A DNA stretch of 64,000 bases from Alphaproteobacteria bacterium (GCA_965232515.1 CBDDPY010000002.1:6848001-6912000), one strand, 5' to 3'. Counted from the stretch's first letter, positions 33,381-43,631 are shown. The notes: generated by a model not told the origin, from the letters alone. Numbers and translations are program-made.

Positions 33381-33667
33381 CCGGTCTTCAAATCGCTTCG
33401 CGATTGGAAGACCTTTGTTGTTGCCGCTCGCGGCGGTCAGCGTTGCTGACGCCTCCGCGGGAGGCGCGCCAAAAGGCGCGGCGCGCGGTCGCGCTTGCCT
33501 CGCTTTAGCCCGTGTAAAGCTCGGAACTCCGAGCCGCGACGCGGCGAGGCAAGGCCAAGTGGCCGCCGGCCGGTCAGGCCGAACCAAGGCCGCGGATGCG
33601 GCCGCCCGGCGCCTGAGGGCAACAACAAAAACACGGTCTTCGAATGGCGGAGCCATTTGATGACCGG
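33381..33667 (+). other. Non-coding intervening sequence in 23S helix 25
   Basis: Lies between conserved CAGTGGGAGC and GTGACCGCGTACCTTTTG, where helix 25 is normally a short hairpin; many nested inverted repeats. Confidence 0.9.
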
Positions 33668-34166
33668 GTGACCGCGTACCTTTTGTATAATGGGTCAGCG
33701 AGTTGGTGTTGCGAGCGAGCTTAAGCCGTGAGGTGTAGGCGGAGCGAAAGCGAGTCTGAACAGGGCGCCTTAGTTCGTAGCATCAGACCCGAAACCGGGT
33801 GATCTAGCCATGTGCAGGTTGAAGGTGCGGTAACACGCACTGGAGGACCGAACCCACCGACGTTGAAAAGTCGGGGGATGACGTGTGGCTAGGGGTGAAA
33901 GGCCAAGCAAACCCGGAAATAGCTGGTTCTCCGCGAAAACTATTTAGGTAGTGCGTCGTGTCTGACCATCGGGGGTAGAGCACTGGATGGGCTAGGGGGG
34001 AGCGATCCTTACCAAACCTAACCAAACTCCGAATACCGATGAGTTCGAGCACGGCAGACAGACGGCGGGTGCTAAGGTCCGTCGTCGAAAGGGAAACAGC
34101 CCAGACCGCCAGCTAAGGTCCCGAAGTCGTGGCTAAGTGGGAAAGGATGTGGGAAGGCCAAAACAA

Positions 34167-34224
<58 letters not shown>

Positions 34225-34284
34225 TAAACAAGCCGGCCTGCGCCGAAGATGTACCGGGGCTCAAGCCACGCACCGAAGCTGCGG

Positions 34285-34718
34285 ATGTCAGGGATCAGTT
34301 ATCAGGTATCAGGGATCGGATGGTCGAACGGTTTGAAGACCTGGAGGTCTTCCAGCGGGCGTATCGCCTGTCGTTGGAGGTCCACCGGGCGAGCCTCGAC
34401 TTTCCGTCTCTAGAGCAACATGCGCTCGCCGACCAGGTTCGGCGGGCGTCGAAGTCGATTTGCGCCAACATTGCCGAAGGCTTTGGCCGTCAGGCGATGT
34501 CGGCGGCCGAGTTCAAGCGGTTTTTGCTGATCGCGCTCGGGTCGAGTGACGAGATGCGCGTTTGGGCGCGCTATTGTCTCGATCTCGGCTATATCGACGA
34601 CGATGTCTGGCAGCATTGGCGAGATGAATACCATGTCATCTCGAAGATGCTGCAGACCTTGCACAGGCGATCGGGTCCCCCATCCGATCCCTGATACCTG
34701 TTATCTGATCCCTGGCGT
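34285..34718 (+). mobile_element. Protein-coding intervening sequence in 23S helix 45
   Basis: Between conserved CACCGAAGCTGCGG and GGTAGCGGAGCGTTCC; 39-nt arms 34285-34323 / 34680-34718 pair with 2 G-U and 2 U-U. Confidence 0.92.
34320..34694 (+). CDS. Four-helix-bundle protein (23S_rRNA_IVP / TIGR02436-type, Avd-like fold)
   Basis: FEDLEVFQRA...QVRRASKSICANIAEGFGR...F..IALGS..E....LGY family signature; intact 124-aa ORF. Confidence 0.93.
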   Translation: MVERFEDLEVFQRAYRLSLEVHRASLDFPSLEQHALADQVRRASKSICANIAEGFGRQAMSAAEFKRFLLIALGSSDEMRVWARYCLDLGYIDDDVWQHWRDEYHVISKMLQTLHRRSGPPSDP

Positions 34719-34881
34719 GGTAGCGGAGCGTTCCGTAGGCCTGTGAAGGGATTGCCGCGAGGCGTCCTGGAGGTATCGGAAGAGCGAATGCTGACATGAG
34801 TAGCGAGATGAGTGTGAGAGACACTCACGCCGAAAGTCCAAGGGTTCCTGCGCAAGGCTAATCCGCGCAGGGTGAGCCGGC

Positions 34882-34914
<33 letters not shown>

Positions 34915-35243
34915 GAACGGGGTTAATATTCCCCGGCCTGGTGGAGGTGACGGATGCCGTAAGTTGTTCGCGTTTATTGGATTGCGCGGGCAGCGAAGGC
35001 GTCCCAGGAAATAGCCCCACCGTATAGACCGTACCCGAAACCGACACAGGTGGACAGGTAGAGCATACCAAGGCGCTTGAGAGAACGGTGCTGAAGGAAC
35101 TCGGCAAAATGCCTCCGTAACTTCGGGAGAAGGAGGCCCGGCTGTTGGGCAACCAGTGGTCGGGGGCACAGACCAGGGGGTGGCGACTGTTTACTAAAAA
35201 CACAGGGCTCTGCGAAGCCGCAAGGCGCGGTATAGGGTCTGAC

Positions 35244-35274
<31 letters not shown>

Positions 35275-35290
35275 GGTGCAAGCTTCGAAT

Positions 35291-35382
<92 letters not shown>

Positions 35383-35637
35383 CGACTTCCCCGCTGTCTC
35401 CAGCACCGACTCAGCGAAATTGAACTCTCCGTGAAGATGCGGAGTACCCGCGGTCAGACGGAAAGACCCCGTGCACCTTTACTACAGCTTTGCAGTGGTA
35501 TCAGGGATGGCATGTGTAGGATAGGTGGGAGCCTTTGAAGCGTTGGCGCCAGTCGACGTGGAGGCAGCCTTGAAATACCACCCTTGTGATCTCTGCTATC
35601 TAACCGCGGCCCGTTATCCGGGTCCGGGACCCTGCAT

Positions 35638-35668
<31 letters not shown>

Positions 35669-35810
35669 CAAAGAGTAACGGAGGCGCGCGAAGGTAGGCT
35701 CAAGCTGGTCGGAAATCAGCTGTTGAGTGCAATGGCATAAGCCTGCCTGACTGCGAGAGGGACACCTCGAGCAGAGACGAAAGTCGGTCATAGTGATCCG
35801 GTGGTCCCGC

Positions 35811-35864
<54 letters not shown>

Positions 35865-35893
35865 AACCCCCAAGAGTCCATATCGACGGGGTT

Positions 35894-35991
<98 letters not shown>

Positions 35992-36049
35992 GAACGTCGT
36001 GAGACAGTTCGGTCCCTATCTGCCGTGGGTGTTGGAGACTTGCGAGGCG

Positions 36050-36092
<43 letters not shown>

Positions 36093-36137
36093 GACCGGTT
36101 GTGGCGCCAGCCGCACTGCCGGGTAGCTATGTCCGGA

Positions 36138-36173
<36 letters not shown>

Positions 36174-36462
36174 TCCTCAAAACCAGGTCTCCCTTGAGAG
36201 CCGTGGAAGACCACCACGTCGATAGGCCGGAGGTGGACGCGCAGCAATGTGTGCAGCTAACCGGTACTAATCGCTCGATCGGCTTGATCGTCACATATCC
36301 AGAGGTCAGGGATCGGGTATCAGGCATCGGATGCCTGTCCCCCGACCCCCGACCCCATCCTGCTGAAGAACAACAACCAGATCGTCGACCCGTCAGGCCC
36401 GGACGCAGGTGTCGGATACCATCCGATCCCTGATCCCCGATCCCTGACCCCTGATCTTCGTC

Positions 36463-36580
36463 GGCCTGGTGGCTCTAGCGAGGGGCCCGCACCCGATCCC
36501 ATCCCGAACTCGGCCGTGAAAACCCTCAGCGCCGATGGTACTGCGTCTTAAGGCGTGGGAGAGTAGGTCGCCGCCAGGCC
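36463..36580 (+). rRNA. rrf: 5S ribosomal RNA
   Basis: GGCCTGGTGGC...CCCATCCCGAACTCGG..GTGAA...GCCGATGGTACT...GGGAGAGTAGGTCGCCGCCAGGCC. Confidence 0.97.
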
Positions 36581-36761
36581 TACCAAGACCAGAGGTCAGG
36601 GATCAGGCATCGGGGATCGGAGAACAAACCAACCAACAACAAAACCAACACCCGCGCCGGCAGCACACACAACCGAACCCTCTTCGCAATCATGTCGCAA
36701 AAACAAGAACGGGCGGCGGCCCGATCCGATCCCGGATCCCCGTCCCCCGATCCCCGACAAC

Positions 36762-36839
<78 letters not shown>

Positions 36840-36867
36840 ATTTTTCTTTGAAATCAATAAATTAGAA

Positions 36868-36899
36868 GAGAGGCTCGCTTATGAACAAGCGAGCCTCTC
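36868..36899. terminator. Perfect 13-bp hairpin after tRNA-fMet (terminator-like or attachment-region structure)
   Basis: GAGAGGCTCGCTT-ATGAAC-AAGCGAGCCTCTC in an AT-rich context; no clear U-tract. Confidence 0.55.
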
Positions 36900-37477
36900 A
36901 AAATTTATAGCATATTTATAGCAAGCTGAAATGAAGCCACGAGCGGTTCAAGAGCACTTCCGGTGCCTCTTGCCCATGTCGATTTTGGATGCACCGATCC
37001 GGCCGCCGCAGAAAAAATGTTCAACTTAGGCGGAGCCGTAACGTCGACTATCAGTGAGAGGCTATCGGCATTGCCGCCGCCAGACTTCCCGTCCGGCGGC
37101 CCGAAAAACTCGGTACAGCCTTATCTCGTATTCCGGTTATCTGCGACGATCCGTCTTCCGGCCAAAAAACAGGTAGAAGTGCCGAGGATTGAACTACATG
37201 TCCTCATCACCCCTGCAAGTCTGTTGGCCAACCTTGTGGGCCTGCTCTTAATGTTGTCGCGGTTGTGCCCGAGGCACGATCCGTAATCTCAGATTACGTT
37301 GGTCGGAGCCTTGATCTGATTGCATGATTCAACGAATTTCGGGATGGCGAGTCGAGCGATAAGTTGTTGTCCGCCAAGCTGAAACAAACAGAATCCGAAC
37401 CATAGACCAAGGGTTCTCCGTCCATAGATCACAGGTTCGGATTATGCGGCGCATTGGCAACCAAATTAGATTGCAAC

Positions 37478-37532
37478 GAGCGACTGCCTCCTAAGCGGTA
37501 GGTCGGAGGTTCGAATCCTCCCGGGGTCGCCA
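37478..37532 (+). pseudogene. Truncated tRNA-Arg(CCT), 3' portion only (att-like)
   Basis: GAGCG-ACTGC-CTCCTAA-GCGGT-AGGTC-GGAGG-TTCGAAT-CCTCC-CGGGGTC-GCCA: anticodon arm, T-arm and CCA intact; 5' acceptor strand and D-arm absent. Confidence 0.85.
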
Positions 37533-37859
37533 TTCTTCGAGGGTCCGTGCAGCGACACCTTGTTCTTCGTCACGCCTTCGGGCCTTGGCTTTAAACCCAC
37601 TTCGCGCTGTTGCCAACGCTATTCTCGGCCACGGTGCGGCTTGGTCGACCGACATCAAGCTCGCAGCAATCCGCGAAGTCGCTCAACGCGGGTGCTCTGT
37701 TCTTGTTTGCAGTCGCAGCGTATACGTAGGAGAGCAGGTAATGATCATTTGATACGCTGCGGATCAGCATCTGCGTGGCTGCCCCTAAACAAAGTTAATT
37801 GGCTAAGCGGTAAGACATGCCAGATTTAGTGTATGTTCGGACAGACACCGGTTACTGGC

Positions 37860-38237
37860 CTATAGTTGGAATACCGAGCCAACACGCTTGCAGCCGAGTT
37901 TTTCGTAGTACAGGTCCTCGTCAGATAAGACGTAAACGACTTGATCTAAATGGTCTTGCGTTAGCTCTTTTAGCAGCTCTTTCCCGTAGCCATTGTTTCT
38001 GAATGTCGGCGCTACATAGAGTTCGCTTACATAAACTCCGAAACCATCCACTAAAGCACGGAGATATCCGCACACCTCTCCTTGACTCTTGCAAATGTAT
38101 GTTTGGCTGCTCAGCAATGCGCTCTTGAAAACATCTACCGTGCCTGTATGTGTAAACGAGTTCCATTCTGGCTCTTTTTTTAGAAGAGCGATTAACTCAG
38201 ATTCGTATGTCTTATCGTATCTGAAAATGTTGCTCAT
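37860..38237 (-). CDS. GNAT family acetyltransferase (low GC)
   Basis: VSELYVAPTFRNNGYGKELL acetyl-CoA motif A, YYEKLG motif B. Confidence 0.88.
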   Translation of the reverse strand: MSNIFRYDKTYESELIALLKKEPEWNSFTHTGTVDVFKSALLSSQTYICKSQGEVCGYLRALVDGFGVYVSELYVAPTFRNNGYGKELLKELTQDHLDQVVYVLSDEDLYYEKLGCKRVGSVFQL

Positions 38238-38650
38238 CAAGTCTCTCAAAAATTGGCGAACCCACAGCAGAGGACAGCAGTGTCCAAGGCTTTGAGGTGC
38301 GTTCCGCACGCTCTTGGACACTACGATGGAGGCCCGCATTGTGGAAGCCTTGCCGCTGCGCCTAGACCGGGCCGGCCGCATTGGGCTGGGTGTTTTGCGG
38401 CGCCTGGAAGGCTGTGCCTCTCACTGCATCCTGTTCGAATGCCGCTGATGGGCTGATGGTGTAGAAAAAGTCTTCTCTGAAGTAGGTTTGACCTGCTGTT
38501 TCAGTCGTCCCTAGGTAAAGGAGGCGACAGTGACGACGCACAGTAGTCGCGGCAGACCAGGATCTCGACCGGTCGCTGCAACCATAGCTGCGATCGTTCA
38601 CCAAGATAGGGGGCTTCTGGCAAGGCGGGCCAATCCGCAGCATCAACGAC

Positions 38651-39505
38651 ATGGACAACTTTGCGTTAATCTACAGGGTGTTCGGATCGCCAAGAGACTG
38701 TCTGAGACTGGAAAATGTACCTTTGTCAGCTCCGGGTGCGGGACAGCTACGGGTCACCATGTCGCTCGTACCGATCAATCCCTCAGATCTGATCCCAATC
38801 ACAGGTGCCTACTCGCATAGGATCACTCTTCCCCTCGTTGCCGGTTACGAAGGCGTTGGCCGCGTTATCGCCGCGCCTCAAGCGCATTCCCATCTGATAG
38901 GGCGGCGCGTTCTGCCATTGCGTTGTGCAGGGACTTGGCAAAATCATGTCGATTGTGATGCGACCCTTGCTATCCCGGTTCCCGAGAACATTGAGGATCA
39001 GGTTGCGGCCCGCGGCTACATCAATCCTTTGGCGGCTTTAACCATGTTGGACACTTGGCCAGTGGAAGGGAAGCGTGTGCTGCTCAGCGGGATTTTGTTC
39101 CTGGCGATCTTCGGTCGTGTCGAAGAGGCCGGTCCGCTCGCGTGGATCGTTCTTGGGCTTGTCCTCGGATGGCTGTTCGTCGCGCTGGTCAATATCAGTT
39201 GGCAACTCGTGCGGCTGAGCCGGTTTCGGGGGCCGCTGATCGTGATCACGCCAGAGGGGTTGGAGGACCATTGGGGCAAACGGCCGCGGATGCTGCGCTG
39301 GCGCGATATTCGGTCCTGCGGCTGGCGCAACGCGGCCTATTCACGGGCATTCAGGGTGGTGCCGAAGCGGCGATCGGTCGCGTACGTCGTGGGCCGGATA
39401 TTTGGCTCGCTGCGTCTGCGCTATCCCGAACGATACCTGTCCGTGCCGGCCGAAGAGATTTCCCAATTCATGACCGATCACGCGCCGGTGGATATTTCGG
39501 GATAG
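38651..39505 (+). pseudogene. Chimeric ORF: N-terminal half of an MDR-family (enoyl-thioester/quinone) reductase fused in frame to a membrane-protein fragment
   Basis: PINPSDL..ITG.Y, GYEGVG, GTWQ, YINPLAA up to KRVLLSG, where the Rossmann fold should continue; after ~39090 an unrelated TM segment and higher GC. Confidence 0.7.
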
Positions 39506-39623
39506 CTGTACAGGCGGGGTCAGAAGACTGGCGAAGGAGTGGTTCTGACAATTGAGGACCGAGGCCCTCAAAGAATTGCGCCTTTACCGTCGGGGCATCA
39601 CGTTAATTGACGGTCGTTTGGTG

Positions 39624-39765
39624 AACCACAGAGACACCGAGAACAAACTGGGTTTTCGGCGCGGCGCGCCAGATAACGTGCTTTTGGTTCTCGTTGACCT
39701 CTGTGTTCATGCCACTTACGCCCTCCCACCGGAACGACGCTTGGCACGAACGCCTCTGTAGTGAA
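39624..39765. repeat. Degenerate CACAGAG(G)ACAC-type inverted repeat element
   Basis: AACCACAGAGACACCGAGAAC (39624-39644) vs GTTCTCGTTGACCTCTGTGTTC (39687-39708) and CCTCTGTAGTGAA (39753-39765); related half copy at 50565-50594. Confidence 0.6.
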
Positions 39766-39792
39766 ATTCGTTTTCTCACCCCGAGGGCACAA

Positions 39793-39863
39793 GCAATTAC
39801 GGTTACTGTCCCCGGAACTAAGCCACCATTGCCGGCGGAGTTATGGTTACTGTCACCGGAATT
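39793..39863. repeat. Two REP-like imperfect palindromes (AATTACGGTTACTGTCACCGGAATT type)
   Basis: Copies at 39793-39817 and 39841-39863; third copy at 48245-48271. Confidence 0.75.
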
Positions 39864-39885
39864 ATTGCCACTGCGATCAGGTGAT

Positions 39886-39965
39886 CGGCCGCCGATGTCG
39901 ATAGCGCCCGAGACCGTGACGTCGCCCAGTTTGGAGCCGCCGTCGAAGGCGAGGACGGCGATATC
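39886..39965 (-). pseudogene. Remnant of a paralog of the PEP-CTERM gene at 48285-49484
   Basis: DIAVLAFDGGSKLGDVTVSGAIDIGGR matches 49132-49259 with a 48-bp internal deletion. Confidence 0.85.
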
Positions 39966-39989
39966 AGGATGCCGCATTCCTGCGGTGCA

Positions 39990-40880
39990 TCAGTCCTTGG
40001 CCGCTTCGCCAACAAATTCGATCAGGCGCGAAATGATCGGATATTGCAGCGACGATCGCCTTACATACGCGCCGGCCGGAAATCTGCCGATCGGCGGCGA
40101 TGTGCGAACGACGCACAATCGATCCGTGTCCAGGACCGGCTTCAACTGAATGGGTACCGACATGACGTAGTCGGAATCCGCGACCACCTGAAACCCGAGC
40201 AGAAACGATGTGGTTTGCAGGACGAATTTCGGCGGCGGCAGGCCTTGCGACAAAAATTGGGCACGAATGATCTCCATCATGCCCCGATACTCGTTGACGG
40301 CGACCCACGAGACGTCGGTCAGATCCCGCAAACTGACTTTCGACTTCTCCGCAGCCGGATGATCGACCCGCACGATCAGCCCATGCTCGACCGTCGCCAG
40401 CGGGTGGAAGAGGACCTGATCACCATCGTCAAGATGTTCGATCGTGCCGAATGCGACGTCCAATTCGCCGTTGCGAAGCCGTGGCAGGTTGCGCGTGTTT
40501 CCGCCGGAAAACACATGGATGTCCGTATTTGGAAATTCGGCTCTCAGCCGCAGAACCGCCGCGCCGAGATAGAGCAGGTGGAAAAGCGGCCCGGCCCCGA
40601 TGTGTATTTCATCAAGATGATCTGATTTCTGCGATCTGACGTCCTCGAACCCCTGCAGATATTCGTGCTTGATCCGTTTGGCGTAAGGCAGCAACCGCCG
40701 CCCCGCCTGCGTCAGGGCGACACCACGCGGCAGTCTCTCGATCAGCCGGCAGTCATAAATTGCTTCGAGCTTCTGCAGCCGCTTTGTCAGGGTTGGCTGA
40801 CTGATGCAGAGCCGCTCCGCCGCCATGGTGATGTTCTCAAGCTCGGCGACGGTCAGAAAGGCGAGAAGATCCCGATCCAT
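39990..40880 (-). CDS. LysR family transcriptional regulator
   Basis: ITMAAERLCISQPTLTKRLQKLE HTH, LT.AG, GELDVA; divergent from the sulfatase. Confidence 0.95.
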   Translation of the reverse strand: MDRDLLAFLTVAELENITMAAERLCISQPTLTKRLQKLEAIYDCRLIERLPRGVALTQAGRRLLPYAKRIKHEYLQGFEDVRSQKSDHLDEIHIGAGPLFHLLYLGAAVLRLRAEFPNTDIHVFSGGNTRNLPRLRNGELDVAFGTIEHLDDGDQVLFHPLATVEHGLIVRVDHPAAEKSKVSLRDLTDVSWVAVNEYRGMMEIIRAQFLSQGLPPPKFVLQTTSFLLGFQVVADSDYVMSVPIQLKPVLDTDRLCVVRTSPPIGRFPAGAYVRRSSLQYPIISRLIEFVGEAAKD

Positions 40881-40984
40881 TCATTTTCTCTATGGCTGAA
40901 GGTAAAATTTTTCAATTTTCGAATTTCTCGAAAGCCGATACGGTTTTCAAGCTGAAAGTGCCACCGGTTGAGGGCGTTACGCGT

Positions 40985-42562
40985 ATGCGGACGATTTTCG
41001 TGCTGTTCGATTCGCTCAATAGAAGCGCCCTGGGCGCCTATGGAAGCACGTCCGTGAAAACGCCGAACTTCGACCGGTTTTCGCGACGGGGAATGACCTT
41101 CGACCGGCACTATGTCGGGTCTCTTCCCTGCATCCCGGCGCGGCGGGACATGCACACCGGCCGGCTGAATTTCATGCACTGCCCCTGGGGTCCGCTGGAG
41201 CCCTTCGACAATTCCTTCGCCGATCTCTTGAGCAAAAACGGCGTCTATACGCATCTTGTCTCCGACCACGCGCACTACTTCGAAAACGGCGGTTGGGGCT
41301 ATGCAAACGCCTTCGACAGCTGGGCGTTCATTCGCGGCCAGGAATACGATCCGATCAAGGTCATGACGCAACCGCCCGTCACGCGGCTGCGCGAGACCTT
41401 TGATGAGCGCCACTATCCGATGCAGGGTCTGGCGGACGGTCAAACCGTCACCCGCGGAAATACGGATCGTTTCGTCTGGCGGCGGTCCCGGCACGCCATC
41501 AACACCCTGTTCATGAACAGCGAGGCGGACTATCCGACCGCCAAGTGCTTTGCCAGCGCGTTCGAGTTCCTGGAGACGAACAGGTCGGCGGATGACTGGT
41601 TCCTGCAAATAGAGTGCTTCGACCCGCACGAACCGTTTACCGCGCCGGCGCGGTTCAAGGACGCCTACCGAACCGGCTACAACGGAAAAATTCTCGATTG
41701 GCCGCTTTACGAGAAGGTCACCGAGACGGCGGAGGAGGTGGCCGAAATCCGCGCCAATTACGCCGCGCTCGTCGCCATGTGCGACGAGTATTTCGGACGG
41801 CTCCTCGACTGGCTCGACGCCGAGGACGCCTGGTCGGACACGGCGCTCATCCTGACCTCCGACCATGGTTTCCTGCTCGGCGAGCACGAGTGGTGGGCAA
41901 AGAACAAAATGCCCTACTACGAGGAAATTTCCCACATTCCCTTGATGATCTGGCATCCGCAATGGCTCGATCACGGCAGCGCGCGCACCGGCGCACTAAC
42001 CCAGACGCCGGACTTGATGCCAACGATCCTGGATTTTTATGACATCCCCATACCCCGGGAAGTGACGGCGCATTCGCTGGCGCCTTTTCTGAAAGGCGGC
42101 AAAGCCGACCGTGAAAGTGCAATCCTCGGCATGTTCGCCGGGCCGATTTGCGTGACCGACGGGCGATACACCTACTATCTCTATCCGTCAGACCGCTCGG
42201 GAACACCGCCGCCGGTCTATACGGTCATGCCGTCGCATATGGAGTCGTTGTACTCGGTCGATGAACTGAAATCGGCCGAAATCGCCGAGCCTTTCGATTT
42301 TACGAAAGGTGCGAGGGTGATGAAAATCCGCATGGACCGACATGTCGGCGAGTCCGGTCTCGCCGGCGTTGCGCTCTGGAAGGACGGATCGTGCCTGTTC
42401 GATCTGGAAACCGACCCCGGCCAGCATAGCCCCATTGAAGACGGCGAAACAATCGATCGGCTGAGAAGCACGATCGTCGACCATCTCGTTCAACACAACG
42501 CGCCGGAGGAGATCTACGCGCATTACGGCCTTGGCGAATTGAGGTCGAGATCGGTCGCGTGA
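40985..42562 (+). CDS. Cys-type (formylglycine-dependent) sulfatase
   Basis: FDS, CIPAR (CxPxR), TG, FDPHEPF, TSDHGFLLGEH, LFDLETDP; no signal peptide. Confidence 0.93.
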   Translation: MRTIFVLFDSLNRSALGAYGSTSVKTPNFDRFSRRGMTFDRHYVGSLPCIPARRDMHTGRLNFMHCPWGPLEPFDNSFADLLSKNGVYTHLVSDHAHYFENGGWGYANAFDSWAFIRGQEYDPIKVMTQPPVTRLRETFDERHYPMQGLADGQTVTRGNTDRFVWRRSRHAINTLFMNSEADYPTAKCFASAFEFLETNRSADDWFLQIECFDPHEPFTAPARFKDAYRTGYNGKILDWPLYEKVTETAEEVAEIRANYAALVAMCDEYFGRLLDWLDAEDAWSDTALILTSDHGFLLGEHEWWAKNKMPYYEEISHIPLMIWHPQWLDHGSARTGALTQTPDLMPTILDFYDIPIPREVTAHSLAPFLKGGKADRESAILGMFAGPICVTDGRYTYYLYPSDRSGTPPPVYTVMPSHMESLYSVDELKSAEIAEPFDFTKGARVMKIRMDRHVGESGLAGVALWKDGSCLFDLETDPGQHSPIEDGETIDRLRSTIVDHLVQHNAPEEIYAHYGLGELRSRSVA

Positions 42563-42616
42563 CGGCGTGCCTGCGATCCGCCGTCCGACGTGAGTTTCAA
42601 AGCGGGAGGAACTGAT

Positions 42617-43609
42617 ATGAAAACAAGACAGTTCATGGCCTCGGCGTTGGTCGCTGCTGCTCTCTCAATCGGCCCGGCACGGGCCGAGTTCCCCGAACGG
42701 ACGATCGAAGTCATTTATCCATGGCCCCCGGGTGCAACCATGTCGGTCACCCAAATCATCGCAAAGGCCGTGGGCGAGGAACTCGGCGTCTCACTCGCGG
42801 TGATCTCAACCCCCGGCGCAGGGGGAACCAAGGCCTTCAAGACGGCCCTCAGCCGGCCGGCGGACGGCTATACGATCTTCGACGGTTACGTGGCGCCTTT
42901 GGTTCTGCAGCCGATCCTTGGCAAGGCCGACTGGACGTACAAGGACTTCAAACCGCTGCATTCCGCGGTCTCGAACGCCTTCGCGATCGGCGTCAGAAAA
43001 GGCGACCAACGCTGGAAGACCTTCAAAGATCTGATGGAATACGGCAAGGCCAACCCCGGCAAGCTGCGTTATACGACGAGTACGCGGAACAACCTTCCAC
43101 ACATGGTGATCGCCAAGGTGTTGCAAACCTATGGCGTGGTTGCCCAGAACGTTCCCTACAAGACCTATGGCGATGCCACCAAAGATCTCGCGTCCGGCGT
43201 TCTCGACTTCGCCTATATCAACGTCGCCGCCTATCACCAGGACAAAGAGGCCTTTGAAGTTTTCATGGTGTTGTCCGAACTGGAAGGCGCCAAAGCCTCG
43301 TTCGATGGCGCACCCAGCATCACCGATCTGAATGTCGACCTCGGTCTTTCGGGGCTGGCGCCAATGGGGTGGACCTGGTGGCTGGTGCGCAAGGAAACGC
43401 CGGACACGGAAACCGAGAAATTGCGCGCGGCCATGAAGGCAGTCATGGAGCGCGAGGACATTCGTGCGCAGCTGTTGAAACTTGGCTTTGTCGCGCTTGA
43501 TTGGGGGCCGGAAGACTACGAAGCCATCGTCGGTCCGGTTTCCGATCAGCTTCAGGCCATGGACAACGCCCTGAAGTGGGAAGAGGAACAACTGAAAAAG
43601 CTGCGATAG
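42617..43609 (+). CDS. Tripartite tricarboxylate transporter substrate-binding protein (TctC/Bug)
   Basis: Signal peptide; FPERTIEVIYPWPPG, PGAGG, PADGYT, NPGKL, VPY. Confidence 0.9.
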   Translation: MKTRQFMASALVAAALSIGPARAEFPERTIEVIYPWPPGATMSVTQIIAKAVGEELGVSLAVISTPGAGGTKAFKTALSRPADGYTIFDGYVAPLVLQPILGKADWTYKDFKPLHSAVSNAFAIGVRKGDQRWKTFKDLMEYGKANPGKLRYTTSTRNNLPHMVIAKVLQTYGVVAQNVPYKTYGDATKDLASGVLDFAYINVAAYHQDKEAFEVFMVLSELEGAKASFDGAPSITDLNVDLGLSGLAPMGWTWWLVRKETPDTETEKLRAAMKAVMEREDIRAQLLKLGFVALDWGPEDYEAIVGPVSDQLQAMDNALKWEEEQLKKLR

Positions 43610-43631
43610 CTGGCGAGTCGAGCCGGTGACG

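Noticed and set aside
33373-33660. 95-aa ORF spanning the helix-25 IVS
   Set aside because: Starts inside conserved rRNA, is Ala/Arg-rich as expected from GC palindromes, and has no RBS or motif.
34320-34694. Diversity-generating retroelement or self-splicing intron
   Set aside because: The protein is Avd-like, but there is no reverse transcriptase, TR/VR pair, homing endonuclease motif or group I/II core in the window.
36963-37286. 107-aa ORF after tRNA-fMet
   Set aside because: No recognisable motif or RBS; lies in a degraded region.
37478-37532. Functional tRNA-Arg
   Set aside because: No 5' acceptor strand complementary to CGGGGTC and no D-stem upstream; kept only as a fragment.
37780-38330. 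Integron cassette with attC around the GNAT gene
   Set aside because: Could not identify properly spaced RYYYAAC/GTTRRRY boxes, and there is no integron integrase.
38436-38475. GCTGATGGTGTAGAAAAAGTC resembling an IS-end-like motif
   Set aside because: No partner inverted repeat or transposase found; too short to support.
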